From a virus (taxonomy: Duplodnaviria > Caudoviricetes): 25,039 nt of DNA. Numbering within the stretch: the stretch's first letter is position 1; every line of letters starts with the position of its first letter. The stretch is from the IMG/VR virus record IMGVR_UViG_3300014208_000123, positions 1 to 25,039 of that record, one strand, 5' to 3'. A program made the position numbers and the translations under genes. Of this stretch, positions 1-9,197 are shown piece by piece. The notes beneath the pieces were generated by a model. It saw only the letters and a list, made by a program, of their open reading frames with translations. It was not told the DNA's origin and did no database searches.

Positions 1-3000
1 ATGCGTCAATCAAATCAAACCAGATTGTGCTTGGACTTGCAAAAACGCAGCGCTCAGCGAAAGTGACCCTCAAGTCCCACTCGGTCTGCATATTGATGGC
101 AGCCGAATCTGGCTGAGGCAGATGAAGCGTGGTGGAATCCCAGAAAGTACCCCCGGCATCCCAATCCGAGCTACCATCATCCCAGATAGACACGGTATGA
201 ACTTCTAGGGGCGTGCTGGGGAAGTTCGCATACAGCTGAGTTTGGTTGAGCAACCCACCCTGTGGGGCGTCCCCATTGATCTTGCCAGCCCCATCCACAG
301 TGGGCCCCATCATATTGATGCCACCACAGGCAATCAGGAAACTGCCAGGCATACCACCCAGCTGATCCAGCACACCGGGCCACATCCGAGGCCCGGGCTC
401 TGAAAACTTGGCACCCTTGAACCACCAAGCAGATCCCGCTGCAGGAGCCCCTACAAAGGTCCCTGTGGCGCTCAGCCCTGCACAGTCACCCACCCCCCCA
501 AGCGGCGCCCCCGTGCCAGCAGGGCTATAAACAGGCTCGCCTTCGCCCGACATCCATCCGGTCTCGCCGGCTGGAACGAAGCCCTCCCCAATAGATCTGA
601 TGAGGCGCTGAGAACCTCCATCAGTCACTTGCATGAAACTGAGATTCTCGTAGAGCCTGGAATTTTTCCAGGTTAAGGTGCCATCAACTGTCCCATCAGG
701 GATGGTTTCCGTCACAGTGAACTCGGTGCTGCCCCCAACCAGAGCACGAGTCAGAATGGTGTAGGTGCCATCATTACCGGTGCTGCCTGCAACCGTGATC
801 TTGCCGTCCAGGAGCAGATCCGTATTCTGATTCCCTGCAACCGTGAACACCCCGGTGCCGATATTGACCCCGGTGATCAGTACCACCGGATAATCCTCGT
901 AGGTCAGCTCCTCGGGGTCACCACCGATCACCATAATCGAAGGTCCCACCTGGGACTTCGGAACCGGTGGAGTGCCCTCGTTCAACAGCGTAACGCTGTC
1001 CAGCACTGGCTGCTGAAGCAGGTAGGTGTTGGTGACTGGCTTGCCCGCAGTAAACACCACTGTGACAGTGGTGTTTACGAAAGTTGCAGTCTTGAGGGTG
1101 ATCAGCTGGGCATCAGCATCCCAGTCCCAGGACTCACGGGTGTAGATCGTGTTTCCATCCACGACCTTGTAGATGTCCTGGGCGTAGATGTGGATCGGTT
1201 TGAGCGTTACCCGCCGGTCATCAACAACCTGAATCACCACTGTCTCTTGCTCGACAGCGATGTTTCTCTCTCCACTGGTAATGACGTTTGCCTGGTTCAG
1301 CACCATGTGCTGGGGCGCTTTGTAACCCACGGGGTCAGGCAGGAACAAACGGTACCGTACGTAGTCCCAAACTTGCTGGGTTACGGAACGAGAATCCAGA
1401 GCGCCAAACGAGATTGACCCGAATGTTCGACGTGCCTTCGGAAGGTTAGGGTACTCAACGTTGATCCAACCCAGCGAAGGCTCCGTCGTCTGGTTCATAT
1501 AGCCCGTGCCGGGCACGCCTGGAGTTTCAGGCACATAGTAAGGCGGCGGGGGCAAATCCGGGCGATAGACAGTCACCCCCCAATCAGAAGTCCTCAGAAC
1601 CCTAAGCTGAATCATCGGGTTCCGCCAATCCCAGAAACCATTTGCCTCAATTGCGGGCCCAACCTGATCAGAGTTCAGGGCATCCGAGGTGTCTGTACGG
1701 GGCAACTCCCAGTTGTTGATGTCGTCTTTGTCATCACCCTTCCAGACACCAAACGTACGGAAAACCCCAGCTGGGGGCAAAATCGAGAAAGAGACTGCTC
1801 TCCAACGAACCACACTGGAGTGGGCTGCATTTCCAGCCCCGAAATAACAGCGATCCCCACCTGGATCAGCATGAGCCACCGGGGGTGCTTGCACAGCATC
1901 ATCGATGGATAGTGTGTACACCCCACCGGAAGCTACAACCCGGTAGGTGTGAAACGCACCATCATTCCAGTTGAAGTTGTAGGACGCCCGGACTCCTGTT
2001 TCATCCAGCAATTGAACTTGGTAGGGAGTCGTACTAAGTCGAACCTCAATCCTGGAACCCATAATGTTGACCAGGAAGAAGTGGATACCAGTAGCCCCAA
2101 CCGTGTAGGCATCTACAGCCAGAGTGGCTTCCATGACTCGTTCTTGGGAGTCAGGGCAGATCAAAGTGCTCGTGTCTAGGGCTTGGATATACTCACAGGT
2201 AGACCCAAGATTCTGTGTGACTACAAAGTCATCCCCATCAACGGAGGCTGAACTTGGGGCAAGGTTCTCTGTCCATCCTTGATCCGTGGGGAATCGCATA
2301 CCTGCCAGACTGACCACTGGCAGCTTGAGTAGCTGTCGGTACGGAGTGTTGAGGGCACTCTCCCAGTAACAGATGGTTCCTAGTTGTACCTCACGCAAAC
2401 TATCATTGATCGTGATCAGCGCGTCCCCAGCCCCCAACACCCCCGTGTCAACCAAGAAAGACGCCGTTAGGTCAACGTTTGCTTTCGGGTCTAGGAAAGG
2501 CTCAATGCGCTCATAACCAAAAGTAAAGGGCAGCGTCTCACTGGAAGACGTTGACTTGAGCAGCACCTGACTGCCCAGTGCCCTAGGGTAACCAAAGCTC
2601 TGAGGGATGAACCAGTCATCCGTTTCATTCTCAGGCAGTGCCGTCATGTCAGCAAGCACGGTTTTGGAATGACTGCGAGCCTGATTTTCATCCGGGCGCA
2701 CCCGGTAGCGATAGAACGACCACCGGGACGAGGACAGTGCCTGATAGCTAAGGGAGCCCCAAAATACCTGACCCTGATCAGCCGTTGAAAACATCAACGA
2801 GGACTCACCAGGACGAGGCAGAGGCGCTGATCCAGTAGCCACCACAGCTGTAGTTTGCCCTGACATGGTGAGCAGGGCTGTTTTCAAGGTGGTAGATACG
2901 GTCATGCGGTAGGTGGAGAACCGATTGTTCGCCAGCGTGCCCGTCCAGAGTGCCTCAAAAATGATAGTCGGATACTTGTTCCCGTAGTAGTGCGGTTCCA

Positions 3001-5377
3001 CAGGGAACGATGGGCTCACATCTGCGAGCAACTTTCCATCTAGATGCCGCACCACGTTCGAGACCGTGTAGACCCCAATTTGAGATCCCACCAGGATCTG
3101 GAACCTGTTACCGTCTTGAAAATCAGCTGGAGCATCCAGCGTTGCCAGCTCAATAGTCGTGCGACTAGTGATGGTTGCTGTAGCGGAGGGCCCAATAGTC
3201 CAGCCATCCGTATGAGCAGCCCGCCGGGCATCCTTGAGCAGCCCGACATGCTCAACCCCGTTAACCAGCAGAGCCCCGGCTAGGTACAGCTGCTGATTAT
3301 CATGACAACCGAACCCAACCCCTGTGAAAATTCCATCCGGGGTGTTACTCAGAACCTGGAAACGACCCGTCAAGGTTACCGTAGACGGCAAAGGTGCAAG
3401 CAGAAGCCGGGAATAGACTGCAGCAGGAATAGAAGCGGGGTCATAGTACCCGGTCTGGTTGTCCACGACCGTGTAGGTGCCATCATTATTGATTTGCCCG
3501 GCATCGACTCCGTAAAGCGCCCAAACGGGATCCGATGTGACCGGAGGAATCGTGCCCTCAAAATTCCCTGAGTCAGGTTCCTCTCGGGTCACAAATCCTG
3601 GAATAGCCGTCCGGAAAGGACTCTGGTTGAGCAACAACGATGTCGGGGAATTCAGCAATGCCGAGTATTCCCGCTCAAAGCCCATGTAACGATGCCCGAT
3701 CAACAAGGGCTTGGGTCGGGCAATAGGCCCCAGCACAACCCCCATCGGGAAACGTTGTCCTGCAGGAACTGCCCCTAGGCAGGGCACTTGTGTCTGGGAG
3801 TTTCTCCCCGTAGTGCGATTCCAGATGTTGAGCCCCAACCCAGGATAGTTGAGACCCTCCATCTCCATGATCGGTGACTGGAACCAGACGTAGTCAACGT
3901 CTACATGACCCTGTGGGTGTCCAGGAGGAAGCAATGGAATGGGTACTGTAGGCGCAACTCGTCCAAGATACGGGTTCACATCAAGAATGGGGACACTGAC
4001 TCCATTCACCCTAACCGCAACGTCATTCTTGGTCGCTGGAGTAGCGTCACCCCAGTTCTTTACCAAAGGTCCACGTTTCGTTTGAAGCCACGGTCGAGTC
4101 AGCCCTGGATTCCCCACAACTACTGTGGACAGGCTGTGGATAAAGTTCCAGGAGTCTGAATAGAGAGTCTGACTCGCCGTGGTCAGCAGATTCGAGACCT
4201 TGAAATTGGAAACCGAGAAAGCTCCATTCTCCAGAAGAACTGTTACAGCGGGACCCGCATTTGAGATCCCAGTGAAACTTGCAAGCAATGCCGAGGCAAT
4301 GATGGTCTGATCCACCATCAAAGTGTAGAAGCCAGCTCTTAGATTTCGGAGAAGTGAGATAGTCTTAGGTCCTGAAGACCAATTGGCATTGAACGTTACG
4401 TCGTAGGCTCCACTCCGCAACCGAATCTGATCAGTACCCCCTCCAGTTCGCTGCAGGGTAACGATGACTTCGGCACCCAAACCCGTACCAGCATCCTCCA
4501 GGTACAGGGACAGCACTTGCTGACCATTTGCTGTTGGTAGGAAGGATGCCACGGAGGCATCTAGTGCCAGATCCACCCGAAAAGTTGAAGTTGGTACCAA
4601 CTGCCCAGAGGTATCAGTCCATTTCCACCCATAAGATGTCCCTGCACCACGGCTCATTCGCAGGCTGCCGCTCGTAATAACAGACGTACCCGTACCTACG
4701 GACGTAGCATTGAAAGTGGTGCCCGCACTTGGCAGGTACGTGCCGTTGTAATCCAAGGCAGTTGAGGGACCAATGACTCCGTTGTAGGTAACGGAGGTCA
4801 TCCCCAAGGTAGTGATCAGAACCTTGGAGGCATCTCCCCCGTAAGGATGGGTAGCGGTCTGGGGCACCAGATCCACGGGATAGGTGCTAGAGAATACGTA
4901 GGATGTGGGGTCACTAGGTGTGCTACTGCCGGGGGGTAGCATTGCTGCAGGCAGCAAAGCATGGTCGAAGGATAGAAGAAGCTGGTTGCCCGCTGGAGCA
5001 GTTGTGACAACTGAAGGGACATCTCCTTGGGTGAAAATAGTTGCCGTTCCAAGGAGCAGGACTCCCAAGTAGGACACAACACACAACCCACCCAGAGTTG
5101 TCCCTGTATGCTCCAGCACAACGGAAGTTACACCCAGAGGAACCGAAGTCCCTGGCACTACTGAGATAACGGTAGCTGAGACCCCCCAGGTTGAGGTAAG
5201 CACCCACAAAACTGGACTGGAAAGCCCACCACCAAATGGTACGGCGGAGGCGAAAAACACCTCAATATGATAGCCATCCAGACTGATGGCCCCCGTGATG
5301 GGAACAGGCTCCGGGGCACTCCCATAAAATGAAAACCCATATGGGTTTTGACCATAGCCACCGAGGATCGGTGCCAT
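1..5377 (-). CDS. Giant virion structural / receptor-binding protein, at least 1792 aa, 3' end outside the window (two Ig-like domains, four concanavalin/LamG-like repeats, small beta-barrel inserts)
   Basis: Hand translation from the ATG at 5377-5375, one base after the TAG of the upstream gene, gives MAPILGGYGQNPYGFSFYGSAPEP... with no stop down to position 2 (...STIWFDLIDA). It is absent from the ORF track. Composition is rich in T, G, V, P and aromatics, with lectin-like motifs such as NWNDGAFHTYRVVASGGVYTLSIDD and SISFGALDSRSVTQQVWDYVRY. The ORF itself is well supported; the product call is inferred. Confidence 0.85.
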   Translation of the reverse strand, partial: MAPILGGYGQNPYGFSFYGSAPEPVPITGAISLDGYHIEVFFASAVPFGGGLSSPVLWVLTSTWGVSATVISVVPGTSVPLGVTSVVLEHTGTTLGGLCVVSYLGVLLLGTATIFTQGDVPSVVTTAPAGNQLLLSFDHALLPAAMLPPGSSTPSDPTSYVFSSTYPVDLVPQTATHPYGGDASKVLITTLGMTSVTYNGVIGPSTALDYNGTYLPSAGTTFNATSVGTGTSVITSGSLRMSRGAGTSYGWKWTDTSGQLVPTSTFRVDLALDASVASFLPTANGQQVLSLYLEDAGTGLGAEVIVTLQRTGGGTDQIRLRSGAYDVTFNANWSSGPKTISLLRNLRAGFYTLMVDQTIIASALLASFTGISNAGPAVTVLLENGAFSVSNFKVSNLLTTASQTLYSDSWNFIHSLSTVVVGNPGLTRPWLQTKRGPLVKNWGDATPATKNDVAVRVNGVSVPILDVNPYLGRVAPTVPIPLLPPGHPQGHVDVDYVWFQSPIMEMEGLNYPGLGLNIWNRTTGRNSQTQVPCLGAVPAGQRFPMGVVLGPIARPKPLLIGHRYMGFEREYSALLNSPTSLLLNQSPFRTAIPGFVTREEPDSGNFEGTIPPVTSDPVWALYGVDAGQINNDGTYTVVDNQTGYYDPASIPAAVYSRLLLAPLPSTVTLTGRFQVLSNTPDGIFTGVGFGCHDNQQLYLAGALLVNGVEHVGLLKDARRAAHTDGWTIGPSATATITSRTTIELATLDAPADFQDGNRFQILVGSQIGVYTVSNVVRHLDGKLLADVSPSFPVEPHYYGNKYPTIIFEALWTGTLANNRFSTYRMTVSTTLKTALLTMSGQTTAVVATGSAPLPRPGESSLMFSTADQGQVFWGSLSYQALSSSRWSFYRYRVRPDENQARSHSKTVLADMTALPENETDDWFIPQSFGYPRALGSQVLLKSTSSSETLPFTFGYERIEPFLDPKANVDLTASFLVDTGVLGAGDALITINDSLREVQLGTICYWESALNTPYRQLLKLPVVSLAGMRFPTDQGWTENLAPSSASVDGDDFVVTQNLGSTCEYIQALDTSTLICPDSQERVMEATLAVDAYTVGATGIHFFLVNIMGSRIEVRLSTTPYQVQLLDETGVRASYNFNWNDGAFHTYRVVASGGVYTLSIDDAVQAPPVAHADPGGDRCYFGAGNAAHSSVVRWRAVSFSILPPAGVFRTFGVWKGDDKDDINNWELPRTDTSDALNSDQVGPAIEANGFWDWRNPMIQLRVLRTSDWGVTVYRPDLPPPPYYVPETPGVPGTGYMNQTTEPSLGWINVEYPNLPKARRTFGSISFGALDSRSVTQQVWDYVRYRLFLPDPVGYKAPQHMVLNQANVITSGERNIAVEQETVVIQVVDDRRVTLKPIHIYAQDIYKVVDGNTIYTRESWDWDADAQLITLKTATFVNTTVTVVFTAGKPVTNTYLLQQPVLDSVTLLNEGTPPVPKSQVGPSIMVIGGDPEELTYEDYPVVLITGVNIGTGVFTVAGNQNTDLLLDGKITVAGSTGNDGTYTILTRALVGGSTEFTVTETIPDGTVDGTLTWKNSRLYENLSFMQVTDGGSQRLIRSIGEGFVPAGETGWMSGEGEPVYSPAGTGAPLGGVGDCAGLSATGTFVGAPAAGSAWWFKGAKFSEPGPRMWPGVLDQLGGMPGSFLIACGGINMMGPTVDGAGKINGDAPQGGLLNQTQLYANFPSTPLEVHTVSIWDDGSSDWDAGGTFWDSTTLHLPQPDSAAINMQTEWDLRVTFAERCVFASPSTIWFDLIDA

Positions 5378-5378
5378 T

Positions 5379-5888
5379 CTACTGCCCCAATCCTACAACC
5401 TCAAGATCATAAGATGCAGGATTTGCACCGTTGTTCGTGATCTTTACGTGAAGTTCTGCTGTGGCGTCCTCATCCGTGTAATAGTCAGGAACGAGATCAA
5501 TGTAAGCATTGTTCCAGGCATCAACGTTAGTTGCCTGGTACAGCAAGTCTGCTGCCAGGAAAGTATCCCTGGCATAGAATTCCAGTGTCGTTTGAACTGT
5601 GTTAGCCGATGCTGCCAGACGAATACGGATGATGATGCCCTCATTGAACCACGTGGTGACATTCGAGGTAGCTGTACCACCCCCCGAACCAACGGGGCCA
5701 ATGGTGATGGTAGAGGCACCCCGTTTGGCAAAGATCTCCGCCCCACCCCCGGCAGCTGGAAGCCAAGCGGCTGCAGTTGGACCACTTGCCGTTAGGACGT
5801 CCCCCAGATTGGGCGCCGTTGCTGTAGAGACAACGACCGGGTTTGTGGTCGTCGCCAAGGCTGGGGCTTCTCCTAGCTTGTAGCTCAT
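5379..5888 (-). CDS. Short fibre/decoration-like structural protein (169 aa)
   Basis: GAGGT Shine-Dalgarno overlaps the upstream TGA. The N-terminal GDVLTASGPTAAAW...GGG resembles the G-x-VLT-x-G-x4-W repeat of phage tail fibres, followed by a roughly 115 aa all-beta C-terminal domain. Confidence 0.6.
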   Translation of the reverse strand: MSYKLGEAPALATTTNPVVVSTATAPNLGDVLTASGPTAAAWLPAAGGGAEIFAKRGASTITIGPVGSGGGTATSNVTTWFNEGIIIRIRLAASANTVQTTLEFYARDTFLAADLLYQATNVDAWNNAYIDLVPDYYTDEDATAELHVKITNNGANPASYDLEVVGLGQ

Positions 5889-5895
5889 GACGACC

Positions 5896-7776
5896 TCAAA
5901 TCACGAACCAGTTCGTGCCGTTATAGTAAAGCGTTGCCGCTGCAAAGTTCACATTGAGGATCAAGTTAGGTCCACCGTCAATTGTTGCCGCCATCGGGGT
6001 GATGGTGATGTTGGACGTGAAAGCAGCCCCCCCCTCATCCTTGATGGTAACCCGATGCCCTGCTTGAGGCATTGGAAGGATCACGGAGACAACTCCTGTG
6101 TTGCTCAGGCAACCGACAATCTCATCCGAGAGTATCAGCTGATGAGGACTGCCAACGTTACCCACCTGCTTATAGTTGACGGGGAAAACTCCAAGTGGTC
6201 CAAATGCCGTTGGAGATGCCCCACCCCCAACCAAAGTGAGTGCAATATCCGCAGCTGTAGTGCCAAAAGTATTCCTGTACAGTAGGGATGTGGTACCACA
6301 CAGGTTGCTATCAAAATTCACAGCCCCGAGCAGCTGCGAATCCTGGAGCACCATGTCCATGACACCAGCTTTCGGACCAGGAGCTACCAGAGCCGCAATA
6401 GTCAGAGCATTCACACCACTGATGAATGATCGGGTGCACCGGAGGAAATCCCCACAGAAACCCACACCCAACAAGGATCCAGAAACCTCTGAGTCCTGAA
6501 TCAGAAGTAATGTTGTTGCCCTTAGCTGCTCATTGAACCAGATGCCATCTACGGAACCACTCTGTGACACAATGGAATGCTCAATAACATCCAGCTCACT
6601 CAGCACGGAATTGAAACGAATGACAGGTTCGCCAAGACCCTCTTTGTAAAGCCTACAATGGGACAAAGTGATTTTGGTTCCGTGTGTTGCGGAATCAGTC
6701 AGAATGATCGAGCCCTGGTTAGCATGTGCCCCTGTTTCCCAAAACACACAATCCTTGAATGTGGTCTTGCCCCCTACAAAGTTCCACAGGGAGTCCGTGC
6801 GGGCAACAGCATCCGTGAAACCTAGGTTCACCAGGGTCACTTGGTCGTTGAAACCTGCGGCAGCAGTAAATGTATGGCTTGCTGCACCCACGGAGCGGAT
6901 CAACACAGAAGCATTGATCTCATAAGCTGTCAGGGTCATGTTGTAGAACAGATCCGGAGGGGCACAGTTGCCAATCAGATGAATGTGGGGGAGAAGAACC
7001 AGATCCTCGTCATACACCCCTGGCTGGATGACAACGAAATAGGGTTGCGCTGAAGATGGTGCAGCTTCACCCCGAGCAACGGCGGCTGCTGCGTAGGTGA
7101 TGCCTGCCCCAATGGTCGAAAAGTCGGCAAAGCCCTCGGCAGCCAGCTTTGTCCCCGTTGCCTCTAGGGCTGAGGGGTCCCCACCTGGCAGGTCAACCAG
7201 CACAGCAGGGTCATTCGGCGTGTTTGTGTTGTCACGTCCACGGTTAGCGTCTACGAAAACAACTCTTCCCGAGGTCATCCCCCGACGCACCATGAGCATC
7301 AGACGCTGAAGGTTTTGGTTTTGATCCAGAGCCCACCCGTCTACGGACACATCGACGGGAATGACTCCCGTCACATCCCGCCGCTCACCAGAAGCAACCA
7401 ACTTGATCTTCCCGAAGTTGGTCAAGCGACGAAGTCGAACAGATTGGGTGCTTTCTGATGGAAGACCTAGGTCAACGACAAGGTTGAGCAGGTAGCTTCC
7501 CTCGAAGTCCACAACGAAAGTGGTATCTCGAGCTGCAGGAGCCGTCAGTGTCGCAGCGGAGGGGGTTCCTTCATTCGGGGTAGCCAGACCCACGGAGCCA
7601 GGAGAAGATGGTGTGAAAGAAAGAGTCCAGGCGTAGGTGACCCCGGGATCTACGGAGTGACAGAACACCTCATAAGGACGACGCAGATCATCACGACTGG
7701 CACCTGTTACGGTGGAGCCTGGAATTACGGGACCACCAGACCATTCGTACAAGGTAGTCTCAATAATTGCAGCCAT
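5896..7776 (-). CDS. Tailspike-like protein: PKD/Ig-like N-terminus, pectin lyase-like beta-helix, T4 gp9/gp10-like C-terminal domain (626 aa)
   Basis: PKD-like: TYAWTLSF...TFVVDFEGSYLLNLVV. Typical beta-helix cap: VVFVDANRGRD...DFSTIGAGI...VVIQPGVYDEDLVL..HIHLIG, then rungs such as VTLVNLGF, TTFKDCVF, ITLSHCRL. C-terminus: VILP..QAGHRVTIKDEGG.A...ITI....TIDG..NLILN...ATLYYNGTNWFVI. GGAG lies 7 nt before the ATG. Confidence 0.7.
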   Translation of the reverse strand: MAAIIETTLYEWSGGPVIPGSTVTGASRDDLRRPYEVFCHSVDPGVTYAWTLSFTPSSPGSVGLATPNEGTPSAATLTAPAARDTTFVVDFEGSYLLNLVVDLGLPSESTQSVRLRRLTNFGKIKLVASGERRDVTGVIPVDVSVDGWALDQNQNLQRLMLMVRRGMTSGRVVFVDANRGRDNTNTPNDPAVLVDLPGGDPSALEATGTKLAAEGFADFSTIGAGITYAAAAVARGEAAPSSAQPYFVVIQPGVYDEDLVLLPHIHLIGNCAPPDLFYNMTLTAYEINASVLIRSVGAASHTFTAAAGFNDQVTLVNLGFTDAVARTDSLWNFVGGKTTFKDCVFWETGAHANQGSIILTDSATHGTKITLSHCRLYKEGLGEPVIRFNSVLSELDVIEHSIVSQSGSVDGIWFNEQLRATTLLLIQDSEVSGSLLGVGFCGDFLRCTRSFISGVNALTIAALVAPGPKAGVMDMVLQDSQLLGAVNFDSNLCGTTSLLYRNTFGTTAADIALTLVGGGASPTAFGPLGVFPVNYKQVGNVGSPHQLILSDEIVGCLSNTGVVSVILPMPQAGHRVTIKDEGGAAFTSNITITPMAATIDGGPNLILNVNFAAATLYYNGTNWFVI

Positions 7777-7815
7777 TCACGTTCTCCGCCGGATCAAAGC
7801 CTCAACAGAGATCTA

Positions 7816-7826
7816 GTATAGGGAGG
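7816..7826 (-). promoter_or_regulatory. Candidate phage late promoter motif CCTCCCTATAC
   Basis: Lies in the 56-nt gap 7777-7832 and is 10/11 identical to the motif in the only other real intergenic gap (13897-13907), in the same orientation as the genes. Confidence 0.5.
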
Positions 7827-7832
7827 CTAGTG

Positions 7833-9197
7833 CTACAGAATGAACTGGTCGGAGACGTCCTCAGCCAAGACCGTGTGTGGAACGCACACCCCAAGCCGAT
7901 CAACGTCTACTTTGTAGGATTGACCCGAAAGTGCCTGTGCCATTCGTGGTCGCACCCTCAGCAAACTTGGCGCAACTCGAACCTGAGTCGAGGGGCCCAC
8001 AGCAAATCCACAAGGTCCGCCCCCTAATCCCAGCACAGTCTGCAATCGGTACTGACCTGCATTTGGACCGGACGTGAAAGTAAGGATGTCCCCTTCTGGT
8101 GCCAATGCCCAATCTTGAACAGGGTCTGTCAGCACTGCCCCTGACACGGTTGCTGTACCAGATAAGCCCGAGACTGTGGTGTACGCCCGAGGCACTGCAT
8201 CATCGACGGCAAAAGCTCGAATGTCGACTACCCGGAAATGCCCCGGGTAGTCTTCCCGCTTTTCTGAGGTGCCCAAACCACCTGTGCTGGAATTAGCCCC
8301 TGTCAGAATTTGCAAGACCGCCCCGGTTTGAATTGCTGTGAAATCCCGAGTGGGGTCACTAAATAGTGTGCGATCCGTCAGTGTGATCCCTGCCGTTCCC
8401 GTGATGCATTTGGCTCCAAGCCAAAAGCGACGGAAATCCTCATAATGGTACTGCTCGTACTCCCACTCAACGGTGTCCGTGAACAGGGCACCAAAAACTT
8501 CCTGAAACAGAGAGCGGAACTCATAGAGCGTGTGTGCCGGTTTGAGTGCCCTCAAGACCAGCAATGTATTGTTCTGCAAAGTAAGCAAGTTGGAAGGAAA
8601 GTCCTCCAGGATCACAGGAGGCACAGTGTCTGTGGTGCGGCTACCGGTAACGTTCACCTCAAAGGTAAATTGATCATCAAAGCCCCAGGCTGAATTAGGA
8701 GTCTGCCTGGCAGCAACACTGCGCTCAATGACCTCCACGATTGCTGTGGTCAGCAGCTCGACACCTTCTTTTTGTGTCTGAGCCGTAGAGCCTTGCAACA
8801 GCAACTCCACCATCCGGCGGAGGAATGTCCGATATGTGATATCTCCCTCAAGTACGGGTGCTCCGACAACCCCGGCATCCGGGAACACCAGAGCACCGAG
8901 GATCTGCCAGAGCACCTCCGACCGGGTGTAGTCATAGGAATTATCTGCAAAGGCTTCCTGGGCGGTGATCTGAAAGTCCGCAATGCGTTCGGCAAGTGCC
9001 TGGAGCTGAATGGTATAGAGTGGCCCAGTCACCTGAGAAACGTAGTTGCTCGGCAAGACCTTGAGGAACACCTCCATGATCCGATCAACCTGGGATCGGA
9101 CCTTATCCTTACGGTCTTGCGAATCTTTCTCGAACGGAGCCGGATTCTGACTCAGCAAAGAGGGGAGCAGGTTCTTGTCAGCAGGCTGGTCAGCCAT
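7833..9197 (-). CDS. Baseplate wedge protein, P2 gpI / Mu gp48-like N-terminus plus two C-terminal beta-barrel modules (454 aa)
   Basis: Directly follows the J-like gene with a TGATG overlap (ATG at 9197 preferred to the TTG at 9200). The pattern LKVLPSNY...TYRTFLRRMVELLLQGST...LRALKPAHTLY matches the LP..Y / YR..L / KPAH signature of wedge proteins that follow baseplate J. Confidence 0.7.
   Translation of the reverse strand: MADQPADKNLLPSLLSQNPAPFEKDSQDRKDKVRSQVDRIMEVFLKVLPSNYVSQVTGPLYTIQLQALAERIADFQITAQEAFADNSYDYTRSEVLWQILGALVFPDAGVVGAPVLEGDITYRTFLRRMVELLLQGSTAQTQKEGVELLTTAIVEVIERSVAARQTPNSAWGFDDQFTFEVNVTGSRTTDTVPPVILEDFPSNLLTLQNNTLLVLRALKPAHTLYEFRSLFQEVFGALFTDTVEWEYEQYHYEDFRRFWLGAKCITGTAGITLTDRTLFSDPTRDFTAIQTGAVLQILTGANSSTGGLGTSEKREDYPGHFRVVDIRAFAVDDAVPRAYTTVSGLSGTATVSGAVLTDPVQDWALAPEGDILTFTSGPNAGQYRLQTVLGLGGGPCGFAVGPSTQVRVAPSLLRVRPRMAQALSGQSYKVDVDRLGVCVPHTVLAEDVSDQFIL

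Noticed and set aside
786-846. 13-nt direct repeat CCTGCAACCGTGA (786-798 and 834-846)
   Set aside because: It encodes TVAG twice within one small domain. Two short copies do not indicate a CRISPR array or a regulatory repeat.
177-5361. Many short ORFs on both strands, suggesting a pseudogene or non-coding region
   Set aside because: They overlap the single long open minus frame from 5377, which explains the region.
6481-6780. GC dip in the tailspike beta-helix (about 47% by hand count versus about 60% at 7081-7380) as evidence of recent acquisition
   Set aside because: A similar dip occurs inside baseplate J (about 43% at 10561-10740), so local amino-acid composition is a sufficient explanation.
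1-7776. Diversity-generating retroelement or invertible tail-fibre cassette acting on the receptor-binding genes
   Set aside because: I saw no reverse transcriptase, recombinase, ~100-nt TR/VR pair or opposite-strand fibre fragments in the window.
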